Assembly (NCBI GenBank): GCA_964645585.1
Contig: CAZYAN010000010.1
Span: 3,677-67,676, forward strand
From: an uncultured Opitutales bacterium
GTDB taxonomy: Bacteria > Verrucomicrobiota > Verrucomicrobiia > Opitutales > T3Sed10-336
Direction of reading: 5' to 3'
DNA length: 64,000 nucleotides
Under the pieces are notes generated by a model. That model was not told the DNA's origin. It was given only the letters and a program-made list of their open reading frames with translations, and searched no databases. A program made the translations under genes and the position numbers. Shown one piece after another: positions 55,206 through 64,000 of the stretch. How positions within the stretch are numbered: the first letter of the stretch is position 1; each line of letters starts with the position of its first letter.

Positions 55206-56555
55206 CTACGGCAGCAGGTGCTTCCAAGCCGCGCGGATGTCCGGAAAGCGAAAGCGGTAGCCGAGTTCCCGCAGCCGCGCCGGCTCCACGCGCAGGTCGC
55301 CGAGTATCGTCTCCTCGGCCATCCGCCCAAATCCGGCTTTCAGTGCCAGAGGGGGCACCGGAAAAATCGCCGGACGGTGTAACGCCGATGCCAGCGTCCG
55401 CGTATACTCCCGGTTCCGCACAGGTTCCGGCGCCGTCGCATTAATGATTCCGCGCCAGCTTTCATCGAGCACCGCCGTCGCGAGGACCGCCGCGATGTCG
55501 TCAATCGCAATCCAGCTCGTCCAGCGCCGGCCTCGCCCGATTGACCCGCCGAGCCCCAGCCGAAAAATGGGCAGTTGCATCGCCAGCGCCCCGCCCGCCG
55601 GACTCAGCACCATCCCGCTGCGCGCAATCACGCGCCGTATGCCGGCCTCTTCCACCGGAAGCGACGCCGCCTCCCACTCGCTGCAAACTTCGGCGAGAAA
55701 GCCGTTTCCTGGTTCCGCTTCCTCGGTCAGCCGCTCCTCGCGGGTTGCTCCATAAGCATTAATCCCCGAAATCGACACAAAACAGGCGGGTCGTCTTTTG
55801 CATTTGAGAATCGTTTCGGCCAAAAACGACGTTCCCTCCCGGCGGCTTTCCAGGATGCGTTTGCGGGCAGTCGCCGTCCATCTCTGGGCGATCGGTTCTC
55901 CCGCCAGATGAATCACCGCGTCAATCCCTTCAAAGGCATCGGCATCGATCCGCCCCGCCTCGGGCGCCCACACAATTTCCGCCGACGGCCGCCTTGAAAT
56001 TCCCCGCACCTCATGACCGTTCGCCCGCAACAGCGCCGCCAGAGCCGTGCCGACGAGGCCCGTCACGCCAGATACCGCAATCGTCACAGGCCGTTCCGAT
56101 GACGGCAGCGGGTGCGTCTCGAGATCCATCCGGAGAATTGCGGAACGATATTCCACCTCGCGTTCAATTTTTCTCCAGAACTTGTCCGGCTCGCCCGTTC
56201 CGCCCGCCCGGCGGCCCGTATCCCACCGGAGTTGCTCGACGACCTCACATTCTGCTTCCCCAACCGGTCTAAATTCGCGCAAATGCGTCCGTTCAGGAAC
56301 CGGCCCGCCGACCGCCCGATCAAGAATCGTCATTCGGGAATGATCCACCTCGCGGCGAATCCGCCAATGTTTCCTCGACGAACGCCCGGACGAACTCAGA
56401 TAAATCTGTCCCGTCTCCCCCGAAGTGCCCTCGTCCGCCGTCACCGCCGCCTTGACCCACGGCGGCAGCAGTCGCTGAAAAGACCCGGGGCGAAGGTGCC
56501 ATGCGAACACCTCCGCCGCCGGCCTATGTATTCGGAATTTCCCTACAAATGCCAC
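55206..56555 (-). CDS. SRPBCC (START/polyketide-cyclase-like) domain fused to a TIGR01777/YfcH-type NAD-dependent epimerase-family protein (DUF1731 C-terminus)
   Basis: The GTG at 56555 is preceded by GGAGGAGGA with 9-nt spacing. The N-terminus FRIHRPAAEVFAWHLRPGSFQRLLPPW is SRPBCC-like. The Rossmann motif is IAVSGVTGLVGTALAALLRANGHEV. Confidence 0.75.
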   Translation of the reverse strand: MAFVGKFRIHRPAAEVFAWHLRPGSFQRLLPPWVKAAVTADEGTSGETGQIYLSSSGRSSRKHWRIRREVDHSRMTILDRAVGGPVPERTHLREFRPVGEAECEVVEQLRWDTGRRAGGTGEPDKFWRKIEREVEYRSAILRMDLETHPLPSSERPVTIAVSGVTGLVGTALAALLRANGHEVRGISRRPSAEIVWAPEAGRIDADAFEGIDAVIHLAGEPIAQRWTATARKRILESRREGTSFLAETILKCKRRPACFVSISGINAYGATREERLTEEAEPGNGFLAEVCSEWEAASLPVEEAGIRRVIARSGMVLSPAGGALAMQLPIFRLGLGGSIGRGRRWTSWIAIDDIAAVLATAVLDESWRGIINATAPEPVRNREYTRTLASALHRPAIFPVPPLALKAGFGRMAEETILGDLRVEPARLRELGYRFRFPDIRAAWKHLLP

Positions 56556-56803
56556 GCAGACCGTTCCTCCTCCGCAATAATGGGACTGCTCGATGATGAA
56601 AAGCCATTCCAAAAACCGTGCCAGTCACCAATGGCGAGCGGGCATGCCTTTCCATTGGTCGGATTGAAAAACCCGCTTTCCCGCCACGCCGCCCCTGCCG
56701 GAACTTTCGCAATCATAAAACGATCCGCGCTTCACCAGCCCGGTCGATGATCGCGGTTTTTAATCTTTCATCCCTCCCGGTGATTCTGCCAGACTCCCGC
56801 GCC

Positions 56804-59542
56804 ATGAAGCTTTGGACTGTCACCCTTGTAACCTGCATTCTCACCGGCATCGTCGCAACAGCCAAAGCGGCGAATCCGATGGAAACCGGTCTCCTCTCCG
56901 AAAGCGAATCCATCGCCGCTCGAACGCTCCGGGTTTCGAACAACTACCCGTTTGTGATTCGCGAGCCGGTCCGATTTGTCCTTCCGCCGGATCTCATGGC
57001 TTCCGGCAATGCCGGGGAAATCCTCGGAGTTTCCCACTCGGTTTCGGGGGGCGCGGTCGAGGCCCATTATCTTCCGATTCAGGTCGAGAGCGGCGAAGGC
57101 GGCAGCCCGGCGGCCGCTTGGATCGACGTGCAGCTCCGGCCAGGCGAATCACGCACGTATTCATTTCAACAGATCGGCGGCAATTCAGCGGAGGCGCAGG
57201 CCGGCAGTGTGGAAGAATCGTTTGCCAGCGGCCTCCCCGCGCGCTTCTCATGGCAGGACAAACGCCGCACCGACTTGTTCGACGTCGCTTTCTATACCGC
57301 GGCGGACGGCGACGCGACAGCTCGAGAATCACAAAAGGCGCTGACCGTCCAATTTCATCAAGTGCGTGAGGAGCATGGACCGGTGAAAAGCATTTTCCTC
57401 TACCGTGGAGAAACGCGGTCGGGCGAAGGGGAGAGCCCGGCTTTTCGCATGGAGATTCGCTACGATTTCTATTCCTCCGGGGTCACGGATGTGGAAATCG
57501 CCATCGCCTCCGACGAAGCGCAAAACGGCGGAAGCGGGGGACGGCCCTGCCTGGCGGTTGCCAAACGTCTGCCGGCGTCCGACGGCAACGCGGCGGCGGC
57601 CGGCGCTAACGGAGAAATCCGCCAGCTTTCGCCCGATCAGGCGGATGCGGTCGTAACGAACATTGACTGGCTCGCCTGGGGAAACTTCACCCAAGACGGC
57701 GATGGCAATCAGGCTGTTCTCGCTCTGCCCGCCCTGCAACCGGCCTGTGCGGATGACTCCGGTCGCGGTGCCTCCTTTCGCAGTGCATTTGCTGGAGAAA
57801 CGGCCCGGAAGGATCGTGACAGCTGGATACTGCTGTCCGAAATTTCACCGCTTGCGAAACACGGTTTGCGGTACCGCGTTTTACCTTTGGCGTCTCGATC
57901 GATCGAACAAGCCGATGAAGCCGCACGCGCTTTTACCGGCTACCTCGGACGCCAAGCCGGATCCAGCGACGACGAATTTCATGTCAGTTTCGGTGCCTCG
58001 GCGACGTCGTTTGGCACCCGCTACAATCCAAAAGGACTGTATGGCGACGACTGGTGGACGGCGGAAACCGAGATCGTTCGCGATTTGCGAATTGCCCATG
58101 CCATCGGAATCGACTGGATCCGCCTGCCGGCATCAACGTTTCAGGTTGCCCGCGCTTCCGATGCGGCGGCCCTGCTCAGCCGCGCCGCGCGCGAGACGCG
58201 GCTTCGATACTTCGTCGACCTCGACGCTGAATCGCCCGGCAGAATGATCGCTCAAGGACTCGGCGGCACGGCGGGGTTGTATGGTCTTCCGGCCGGCAGC
58301 GAGAAACTGCAAGACATAGCTGCTGCCATCCGCGGCGCTCATCCAGAAGCCCGTTTTGCCTTAGTCGGAGCACCCGAAACCGTGGCTCTTGTCGCTGCCC
58401 TGGAAGAAGCCGGGATTGCAATCGCCGCGTTTGCATTGGAGGTGCCGGACGAGATTCATAACCAGTTTGGAGCACCCGCGGCCACCGGCTGGGCGAGTCG
58501 CAACGGCATCGTGCCGATGGTCGGCAACGTCCCGCTCTCAGTCGATCCGCGGGCGGGAGAAGAGGCCCGCGCACTTCAATATTACGAAGATTTTCAACAA
58601 TTCCTGAATCGGCGCGGCGCCCCCGTCGTCTTCCAGGGCGAACTGGCGAGGAACGATGCTCCAGCGGGTGAAGGCGGGACGCTCCCATTGCTTCGCCTCG
58701 ATCGCACACCGCGGATAATCGCGCACGCCTTCCACGCGCTCGCTGAACAAAATAAGAAAAACACCCCCCTCGGACGAAGGGCCTCCATCGAGATGCCGCT
58801 GCTCAGGATACGTCCGGAGGAAACCCGCGACCTCCCCGTCACCGTGCGGAATTTGTCCACGCAACCATTGGAGATTTGGACACAAGCACACCCGCCAGCC
58901 GGCGTGACAGTCACCAGCACGGAAACTCGCCAGAATTTCACGCTGCGGCCGCATCAATTTCAAACAGTGACACTTTCCATTGAAGCCGCCGATGATCTCC
59001 GTTCCGGCTTCTACCATCTGTTCGGGGAAATCCGGGCCGGCGGCGAAGATAGCGACCATGTTCAGTTTGGATGGACTTACCTGTCGCACCGCGCGCCGCC
59101 CAAACTCGACCTGACAAGCCCGGCTGCCGAAAACGTCCGCTACGTCGACGGTCTTTCGAATCTGGGCCGCTTGAACCTTTCCAACCTCCGGCACACGGTG
59201 TTCGGCCGCTCGGCGTCCGCGCGGGAGCTGGAGTGGGCAGGCCGTTTGCAAGAAACGCTTCGCCGCGCGACCGGCGCCGACATTCGTCTCTGGGCGCATG
59301 ATGAACTTTCGGAACAGGAAAGCCGCCGCTCTCTCCTCCTCGTCGGCAACCAGGAGAGCAATCCGGCAATCGCCGATCTCGCGTCGCGCCTCCCCGCGAA
59401 TCCGCTCGAACTGCGACCCGGCGAGGGAACAGTTATGGCAATCACCCATCCGGAGAACCCGCGTCGTTTCATCGTGATCATCAGCGGCCGTGACGCGGAC
59501 GGCGTCGCGAGCGCCGCCGCCGATTTCGCGAAACGGTATTAA
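56804..59542 (+). CDS. Large secreted protein of unknown function (possible TIM-barrel glycosidase-like core)
   Basis: ATG 56804 gives the signal peptide MKLWTVTLVTCILTGIVATAKA. 912 aa. The central GLYGDDWWTAETEIVRDLRIAHAIGIDWIRL is reminiscent of GH TIM-barrel beta1-alpha1. I recognise no confident family. Confidence 0.55.
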   Translation: MKLWTVTLVTCILTGIVATAKAANPMETGLLSESESIAARTLRVSNNYPFVIREPVRFVLPPDLMASGNAGEILGVSHSVSGGAVEAHYLPIQVESGEGGSPAAAWIDVQLRPGESRTYSFQQIGGNSAEAQAGSVEESFASGLPARFSWQDKRRTDLFDVAFYTAADGDATARESQKALTVQFHQVREEHGPVKSIFLYRGETRSGEGESPAFRMEIRYDFYSSGVTDVEIAIASDEAQNGGSGGRPCLAVAKRLPASDGNAAAAGANGEIRQLSPDQADAVVTNIDWLAWGNFTQDGDGNQAVLALPALQPACADDSGRGASFRSAFAGETARKDRDSWILLSEISPLAKHGLRYRVLPLASRSIEQADEAARAFTGYLGRQAGSSDDEFHVSFGASATSFGTRYNPKGLYGDDWWTAETEIVRDLRIAHAIGIDWIRLPASTFQVARASDAAALLSRAARETRLRYFVDLDAESPGRMIAQGLGGTAGLYGLPAGSEKLQDIAAAIRGAHPEARFALVGAPETVALVAALEEAGIAIAAFALEVPDEIHNQFGAPAATGWASRNGIVPMVGNVPLSVDPRAGEEARALQYYEDFQQFLNRRGAPVVFQGELARNDAPAGEGGTLPLLRLDRTPRIIAHAFHALAEQNKKNTPLGRRASIEMPLLRIRPEETRDLPVTVRNLSTQPLEIWTQAHPPAGVTVTSTETRQNFTLRPHQFQTVTLSIEAADDLRSGFYHLFGEIRAGGEDSDHVQFGWTYLSHRAPPKLDLTSPAAENVRYVDGLSNLGRLNLSNLRHTVFGRSASARELEWAGRLQETLRRATGADIRLWAHDELSEQESRRSLLLVGNQESNPAIADLASRLPANPLELRPGEGTVMAITHPENPRRFIVIISGRDADGVASAAADFAKRY

Positions 59543-59664
59543 AAATCGACGCGGCAAAATGCGTACTAGCAAGAAAACCGGCGGCGTATTTCGGACAGCG
59601 TAAGAAATCGACAGAATCGCCTTGTTTTTTCCGCGCAAATGTCTTTCGTTAGACGCTCCCTGCC

Positions 59665-59757
59665 GGAGAGATGGCTGAGTGGTCGAAAGCAGTGGTTTGC
59701 TAAACCGCCGAACCTCGATAAGGGGTTCCGAGGGTTCGAATCCCTCTCTCTCCGCCA
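59665..59757 (+). tRNA. tRNA-Ser (anticodon GCU), CCA encoded
   Basis: Acceptor stem GGAGAGA/TCTCTCC. Anticodon stem GTGGT/ACCGC with loop TTGCTAA. Long variable arm (type II tRNA). T-arm GAGGG-TTCGAAT-CCCTC. Discriminator G followed by CCA. Confidence 0.9.
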
Positions 59758-59794
59758 TTTATACTGGGCTTTTGCCCCGGATTTGCCAAAATGA

Positions 59795-59905
59795 AATGGC
59801 AAGTCTGAGGAAAACTGCTGCCTGGAAGAGGGATTGATCACAACTGAGGAAGCGTATAGGAAAGCTTCCGACAAAGACGCGTTCGCCACCTTGCTCAAGA
59901 AGTAG
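59795..59905 (+). pseudogene. Possible remnant of the 3' end of a PilT/secretion-ATPase-like gene (start-less 36-codon open frame)
   Basis: The frame after an in-frame TGA reads NGKSEENCCLEEGLITTEEAYRKASDKDAFATLLKK*. This resembles the extreme C-terminus of PilT-family ATPases as I remember them (..GLIT.EEA....S.....F). There is no start codon. Confidence 0.2.
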
Positions 59906-59941
59906 TTTTTCGAAACGCCGACACCGACAGAACCCGCCCCG

Positions 59942-60364
59942 ATGAAACCTCGCATCTCGGTAATCACCCTCGCCGTCGACGACCTGCAACGCTCGCTCGA
60001 GTTCTACCGCGATGGACTGGGACTGGAAACCGACGGAATCGTTGGCGAAGAATTTCCGTATGGCGCGGTCGTTTTCTTTAAACTTCAGGCCGGATTACAA
60101 TTGGCGCTCTGGCCGCGGAAAAGTCTCGCGCACGACACCGGCTTGAACGAGGACAAACGGGAGTCGCCGCCCCGGTTTTCGCTCGGCCACAATGTCGGTT
60201 CGGCCGACGAGGTCGATCAGGTGATGGCCCGGGCCAAGCAGGCCGGCGCCACGATCGTCAAAGCCGCGCAAGAGACATTCTGGGGCGGGTACGCGGGCTA
60301 CTTTTTCGATCCGGACCATCATTCGTGGGAGGTTGTCTGGAACCCCGCGCTGACGCTGGATTGA
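59942..60364 (+). CDS. VOC-family (glyoxalase/bleomycin-resistance/dioxygenase fold) protein
   Basis: 140 aa. MKPRISVITLAVDDLQRSLEFYRDGLGL is the typical first beta-alpha-beta-beta-beta module. Confidence 0.85.
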   Translation: MKPRISVITLAVDDLQRSLEFYRDGLGLETDGIVGEEFPYGAVVFFKLQAGLQLALWPRKSLAHDTGLNEDKRESPPRFSLGHNVGSADEVDQVMARAKQAGATIVKAAQETFWGGYAGYFFDPDHHSWEVVWNPALTLD

Positions 60365-60456
60365 CGTCGGTTTCAGCCGACGCGGTCAAAAATGCGCCCT
60401 TCAGTCGGGCGGTTTCTTGACGCTGTCCAAGGTGACCCATAGCGTTTCCGCCCTTC

Positions 60457-62289
60457 ATGTCAGTCAGCAAAATCAGCTCGTCCGCTTCCGCGCCTGCCCC
60501 TGCCCCTGCGCCCGAAGCTCCCGCTCACCGCCTTTCTGATTTCAGCACGAATCGCCGCGTGGTTCTCCTTTCCTCCATGGCGATTGTCATCGGCGGCCTG
60601 AGCGCGCTCATCGCCTTCATGCTGGTTCGCTTGATTGCTTTGGTCACCAACCTCGCGTTCCATCAAACCGTCTCGGTGCGCGAAGCGGTCCCGCAAGGTC
60701 ACCACCTGGGTTTCTGGGTCGTGCTGGTACCGGTGACGGGGGCCTTGATCATCGGCTTGATGGCGCGGTTTGGCTCGGACCGGATTCGCGGGCACGGCAT
60801 TCCCGAGGCTCTGGAAGCGATCCTTCTCGGCAGAAGCCTGGTGCGCCTGAAAGTCGCTATTCTCAAGCCGATCTCCGCCGCCGTGTCGATCGGAACCGGC
60901 GGACCGTTTGGTGCGGAGGGTCCGATTATTATGACCGGCGGCGCAATGGGATCTCTCTTCGCGCAGCGTTTCAAACTCAGCGCGGCCGAGCGGAAAACGC
61001 TTCTGGTCGCCGGTGCCGCGGGCGGAATGGCGGCGGTATTTGCGACCCCGATCGCCGCGGTGATGCTGGCGGTCGAGCTCCTGCTTTTCGAGTGGAAGCC
61101 GCGAAGTTTTATCCCGGTCGCGATCGCGGCGCTGGTCGCATCGATCGTGCGAGTGCCGCTCCTCGGAGCCGGTTCCATTTTCCCGGTCATTCCGCACGGG
61201 GCCCCCAGCGGCATCGAGCTGGCCATCGCGGCCGGCATCGGGATTCTGGCCGGTTTCGGATCGGGCGCGCTGACGTTGATCGTCTACACGTTTGAAGACC
61301 TCTTCGAGCGGTTGCCGATCCATTGGATGTGGTGGCCGGCGATCGGTGCGGTTTTCGTCGGAATCGGCGGCATCATCGAACCGCGCGTGCTCGGCGTCGG
61401 TTACGAAACGATTCACGGGTTCCTCCGGGGCGAGCTGCTCGGACCCGCGGTAGCCGGCTTACTCGTCGCCAAGGCGGTCGTATGGGCGATCGCCCTTGGT
61501 TCAGGAACATCGGGAGGGGTCCTCGCGCCGCTTCTGATGATCGGGTGCGCGGTCGGCGCGCTTGCGGGGCAGCTTATTCCAGCGGGGGATCCAGGGCTTT
61601 GGGCAATGATCGGCATGACCGGCATGATGGCGGGCACGATGCGCGCTCCCCTGACGGCTGTGCTGTTCGCCGTCGAGCTGACCCGCGATTATTTTATGCT
61701 TCCAGCCGTGCTGGTTGGCGCTGTCGCGGCGCTGGGCGTCACGGTCCTGATCATGCGCCGTTCCATTCTCACCGAAAAATTAGCCCGCCGCGGGCATCAT
61801 ATCATTCGCGAATACAGTATCGATCCGTTCGAAATTACTCGTGTGAAGGAGGTCATGGATCCCGACATTCCGCTCGTGCAGGCATCGATGACGCTGCCGG
61901 AATTTTCCTCCCGGATCTCCAGCGATAAATCCGTCCTCGGCCGGCGTCAGGGAACCTTGATCGTCGACGCGGACGGGAGTTTGCGAGGAATCGTCACCCG
62001 CGGCGACCTCGTTCGCGCCATGCGCCAGGAAGGATCGGCCGAAATGACCGTCCTCGACGCCGGCACGACCGATCTGGTCGTCACCTGCCCGGATGAACCT
62101 TTGCATGTCGCCCTGACGAAGATGCTCGACAAAGATATTGGTCGACTGCCGGTCGTGGACCCGGCGAATCGACTTCGTCCCGTCGGCTACCTCGGCCGCG
62201 CCGCGATTCTCGCCGCACGCAGGAAGATGCATGAGGAGGAAAATTTCCGGGATCGTCCGACCGCCGCTGGCGCATTGCACCAAACATAA
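60457..62289 (+). CDS. ClC-family chloride channel/antiporter with a C-terminal CBS pair
   Basis: 610 aa. Selectivity-filter segments GGPFGAEGP, GIPE and GSGTSGGVLAPLLMIG. Two CBS-like repeats sit in the last ~140 aa. Confidence 0.9.
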   Translation: MSVSKISSSASAPAPAPAPEAPAHRLSDFSTNRRVVLLSSMAIVIGGLSALIAFMLVRLIALVTNLAFHQTVSVREAVPQGHHLGFWVVLVPVTGALIIGLMARFGSDRIRGHGIPEALEAILLGRSLVRLKVAILKPISAAVSIGTGGPFGAEGPIIMTGGAMGSLFAQRFKLSAAERKTLLVAGAAGGMAAVFATPIAAVMLAVELLLFEWKPRSFIPVAIAALVASIVRVPLLGAGSIFPVIPHGAPSGIELAIAAGIGILAGFGSGALTLIVYTFEDLFERLPIHWMWWPAIGAVFVGIGGIIEPRVLGVGYETIHGFLRGELLGPAVAGLLVAKAVVWAIALGSGTSGGVLAPLLMIGCAVGALAGQLIPAGDPGLWAMIGMTGMMAGTMRAPLTAVLFAVELTRDYFMLPAVLVGAVAALGVTVLIMRRSILTEKLARRGHHIIREYSIDPFEITRVKEVMDPDIPLVQASMTLPEFSSRISSDKSVLGRRQGTLIVDADGSLRGIVTRGDLVRAMRQEGSAEMTVLDAGTTDLVVTCPDEPLHVALTKMLDKDIGRLPVVDPANRLRPVGYLGRAAILAARRKMHEEENFRDRPTAAGALHQT

Positions 62290-62444
62290 GTCACTCCCGC
62301 TGCCAGAACCGTCGAGTGCCCGGCTTGACGTTTCTGACAACAAAGCCACGCTGATCCGCATGGGGCGGAGCACCGTGCCGGCGCGGAAATGATCTGAATC
62401 CAATCGCTCTCGCCAGCCGGCCCGCTCCTCGCTTCACGACTGTC

Positions 62445-63638
62445 ATGTCCTATTTCGACTACAATGCGACCACTCCGCTTTCGCCGGCCGCGCGCGACGC
62501 GTGGCTGGAGGCGGAGAGCATTGCCTGGCAGAATCCCTCGGCGCCGTATCGGTCCGGCGCCCGTGTTCATAATCTTTTGGAAAAAGCGCGCGCCCGCCTG
62601 GCCGCGAGGATCGGCTGCGAGCCCGGGCGGATTGTCTTCAACTCTGGGGCAACCGAAGGGGTGAATTCAGTTTTTCAATACGCTTCATCCAATGCGGCCG
62701 GAAACCAGACATCGGTTCTGCTTTCGCCTTTTGAACATCCATGCGTGGTCGCTTCGGCGAAGCGTTATTTTCCCGGGAATGCGGTTCAACTGACCGCCGG
62801 ACGCGATGGCCGCTGCGATCCGGCCGAGGCGAAAGCGCGCCTGCAAGAACGGCCGTTCGCCCTTCTCGCCATCATGGCCGCAAACAATGAAACCGGGGTT
62901 CTGCAACCTTGGGCTGAGATCGCCGAAGCCGCTCGCACAGCCGGCGTACCTGTCTTGTGCGACGCTTCGCAATGGGCGGGAAAGCGGCCGCTTCACGGTC
63001 TTGCCGAAGCGGGATTCGTCACGGCGTCCGCTCACAAATTCGGCGGGCCGAAGGGATGCGGCTTTCTCGTCGTCCCGAAGTCGGCCGCCGATTACCGCGG
63101 ATTCGCAGGCGGGGAACAGGAGCACGGGATGCGGGCGGGAACGGAGAACTATCCCGCGGTGGCAGCCATGCTCGCGGCGCTCGAGGAATGTGAAGACCGG
63201 GCCGCTGACAAAACATTGATCGCTGAGCGGCTGCAATGGCGCCGGGAGTTCGAACGTCAGATCACGCGGAGGATCCCGGAGGCAAGAATAGCCGGGGGCG
63301 AGAGTGAACGGCTTTGGAACACCGTTTTTCTGGTTCTTCCCCGCGGCGCCAATGACCGTTGGGTGCGCAAGCTCGATCGCGAGGGGATCGAAGTCTCCAC
63401 GGGATCCGCCTGCTCGTGGGGCAAGGATGAGCCGTCGCACGTGCTGACAGCGATCGGCTTTTCCCGCGACGAGAGCCGCCGCGCGATCCGGATCAGTTCC
63501 GGGTGGGAAACCTGCCGGGAGGATTGGCTCGAACTGGCGGAAGCACTCGTCAAAATCGATCGAGAAATCGCCGGCAGCACGGGAAATGCCGGCGTCATTC
63601 AGCTAGAGTCGAAACCTTCGCGCAATGCCCCGCATTGA
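62445..63638 (+). CDS. Cysteine desulfurase (class V aminotransferase, NifS/IscS-like)
   Basis: 397 aa. PLP-lysine motif SAHKFGGPKGCGFL and active-site Cys loop STGSACS. Confidence 0.9.
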   Translation: MSYFDYNATTPLSPAARDAWLEAESIAWQNPSAPYRSGARVHNLLEKARARLAARIGCEPGRIVFNSGATEGVNSVFQYASSNAAGNQTSVLLSPFEHPCVVASAKRYFPGNAVQLTAGRDGRCDPAEAKARLQERPFALLAIMAANNETGVLQPWAEIAEAARTAGVPVLCDASQWAGKRPLHGLAEAGFVTASAHKFGGPKGCGFLVVPKSAADYRGFAGGEQEHGMRAGTENYPAVAAMLAALEECEDRAADKTLIAERLQWRREFERQITRRIPEARIAGGESERLWNTVFLVLPRGANDRWVRKLDREGIEVSTGSACSWGKDEPSHVLTAIGFSRDESRRAIRISSGWETCREDWLELAEALVKIDREIAGSTGNAGVIQLESKPSRNAPH

Positions 63639-64000
63639 AAGCGCGTGATAGCGTGCCGCTCTTTCGATCGGCACATTCGCCACGCGCAATGCCGGTTGGT
63701 CCCCAGCGTCGTGAACTTAGTTTTGGTGACGCGCACTGACCCGCGTCTCGCCAACCGCCGCCCGCTTGTATAGAACCGCGTCTTGTCGTCCGGAACGACG
63801 AACTTTTCCGGGAGACGATTCGCATGGAACGCATCCAAGACAGGGCCAGAAAAACTTTTCGCTGGGATCTCGTAAAAGGCTCCTGCTCCGGGGTGCTGGA
63901 AACGGGCTGGCAGGTATTCGCCCTGCTGCTCGCGGTTCGTGTTTTCCACGCTCCCTCCGAGATCAAAGCTTCGATCGCAGCCGCCGGGTCCTACGGGCAT
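63599..64000 (-). CDS. 3' part of an unidentified ORF running off the window edge
   Basis: This is the only frame free of stops over 63640-64000, and its third-position GC is moderately elevated. The basic C-terminal sequence (..RVTKTKFTTLGTNRHCAWRMCRSKERH..) matches no family I recognise. It overlaps the desulfurase 3' end by 40 nt. Confidence 0.3.
   Translation of the reverse strand: MPVGPGGCDRSFDLGGSVENTNREQQGEYLPARFQHPGAGAFYEIPAKSFSGPVLDAFHANRLPEKFVVPDDKTRFYTSGRRLARRGSVRVTKTKFTTLGTNRHCAWRMCRSKERHAITRFQCGALREGFDSS

Noticed and set aside
59543-59941. A genomic island or prophage integration at tRNA-Ser
   Set aside because: There is no integrase, no visible direct repeat of the tRNA 3' end, and no compositional break in the flanking genes. 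Only the weak PilT-like remnant was kept, as a low-confidence finding.
58538-59967. ORFs 58538-59758 and 59566-59967 on the minus strand, overlapping the tRNA-Ser gene
   Set aside because: They run antisense through a canonical tRNA and through the 3' end of a good plus-strand gene, and they have no protein-like features.
60365-60456. A fluoride riboswitch (crcB motif) upstream of the ClC channel gene
   Set aside because: The 92-nt leader lacks the conserved GGnGATG ... CTGATG pseudoknot elements. The channel carries CBS domains, unlike typical fluoride-specific ClC-F proteins.
1-64000. CRISPR arrays, rRNA genes, transposases/IS elements, toxin-antitoxin pairs or known defence-system genes
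   Set aside because: Reading both strands turned up no regularly spaced direct repeats, no rRNA-like segments, and no DDE/HUH/serine/tyrosine recombinase motifs. I also saw no small paired ORFs of TA type.

Overview
High-GC (roughly 60%) chromosomal segment. Its gene content looks like the PVC superphylum, most likely Verrucomicrobiota. That placement is inferred from H-X9-DG type pseudopilins, a DUF6807/PmoA-like protein and giant LamG/CBM secreted proteins, not from a search. I call about 43 protein genes and one tRNA-Ser(GCU). I saw no rRNA, CRISPR array, transposase or integrase. The window is dominated by glycan-degradation functions: a chondroitinase-ABC-like lyase, a heparinase II/III-like protein, GH43, GH105, a GH99-like protein, xylose isomerase, two Na+/solute symporters, an SDR, an enolase-superfamily dehydratase, a DHDPS-type aldolase and a gluconolactonase. 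Regulators are a GntR, a tandem-fused LacI, a hybrid histidine kinase and an ECF sigma/anti-sigma pair. There is also envelope and housekeeping content (MsbA-like exporter, LpxL-like acyltransferase, GT4, ABC-F ATPase, ClC channel, cysteine desulfurase). The most unusual feature is a two-gene cassette that occurs twice: a prepilin-type pseudopilin immediately upstream of a giant, non-catalytic, multi-lectin secreted protein. Both copies sit inside glycan-utilisation clusters that lack SusC/D or TonB-receptor genes. Four large secreted proteins share a C-terminal beta-sandwich ending in an R-F-F-R-L-like strand; three of these also carry a preceding DxDGDG-IPNL-EYA motif. Other points of note are a covalently duplicated LacI repressor, an AT-rich cis-element repeated three times in the GntR locus, a matched pair of ECF-type promoters, a probable frameshift in one giant gene and an LpxL/half-GT9 fusion. 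All family calls rest on motifs read by eye and remembered family signatures; no database search was run.
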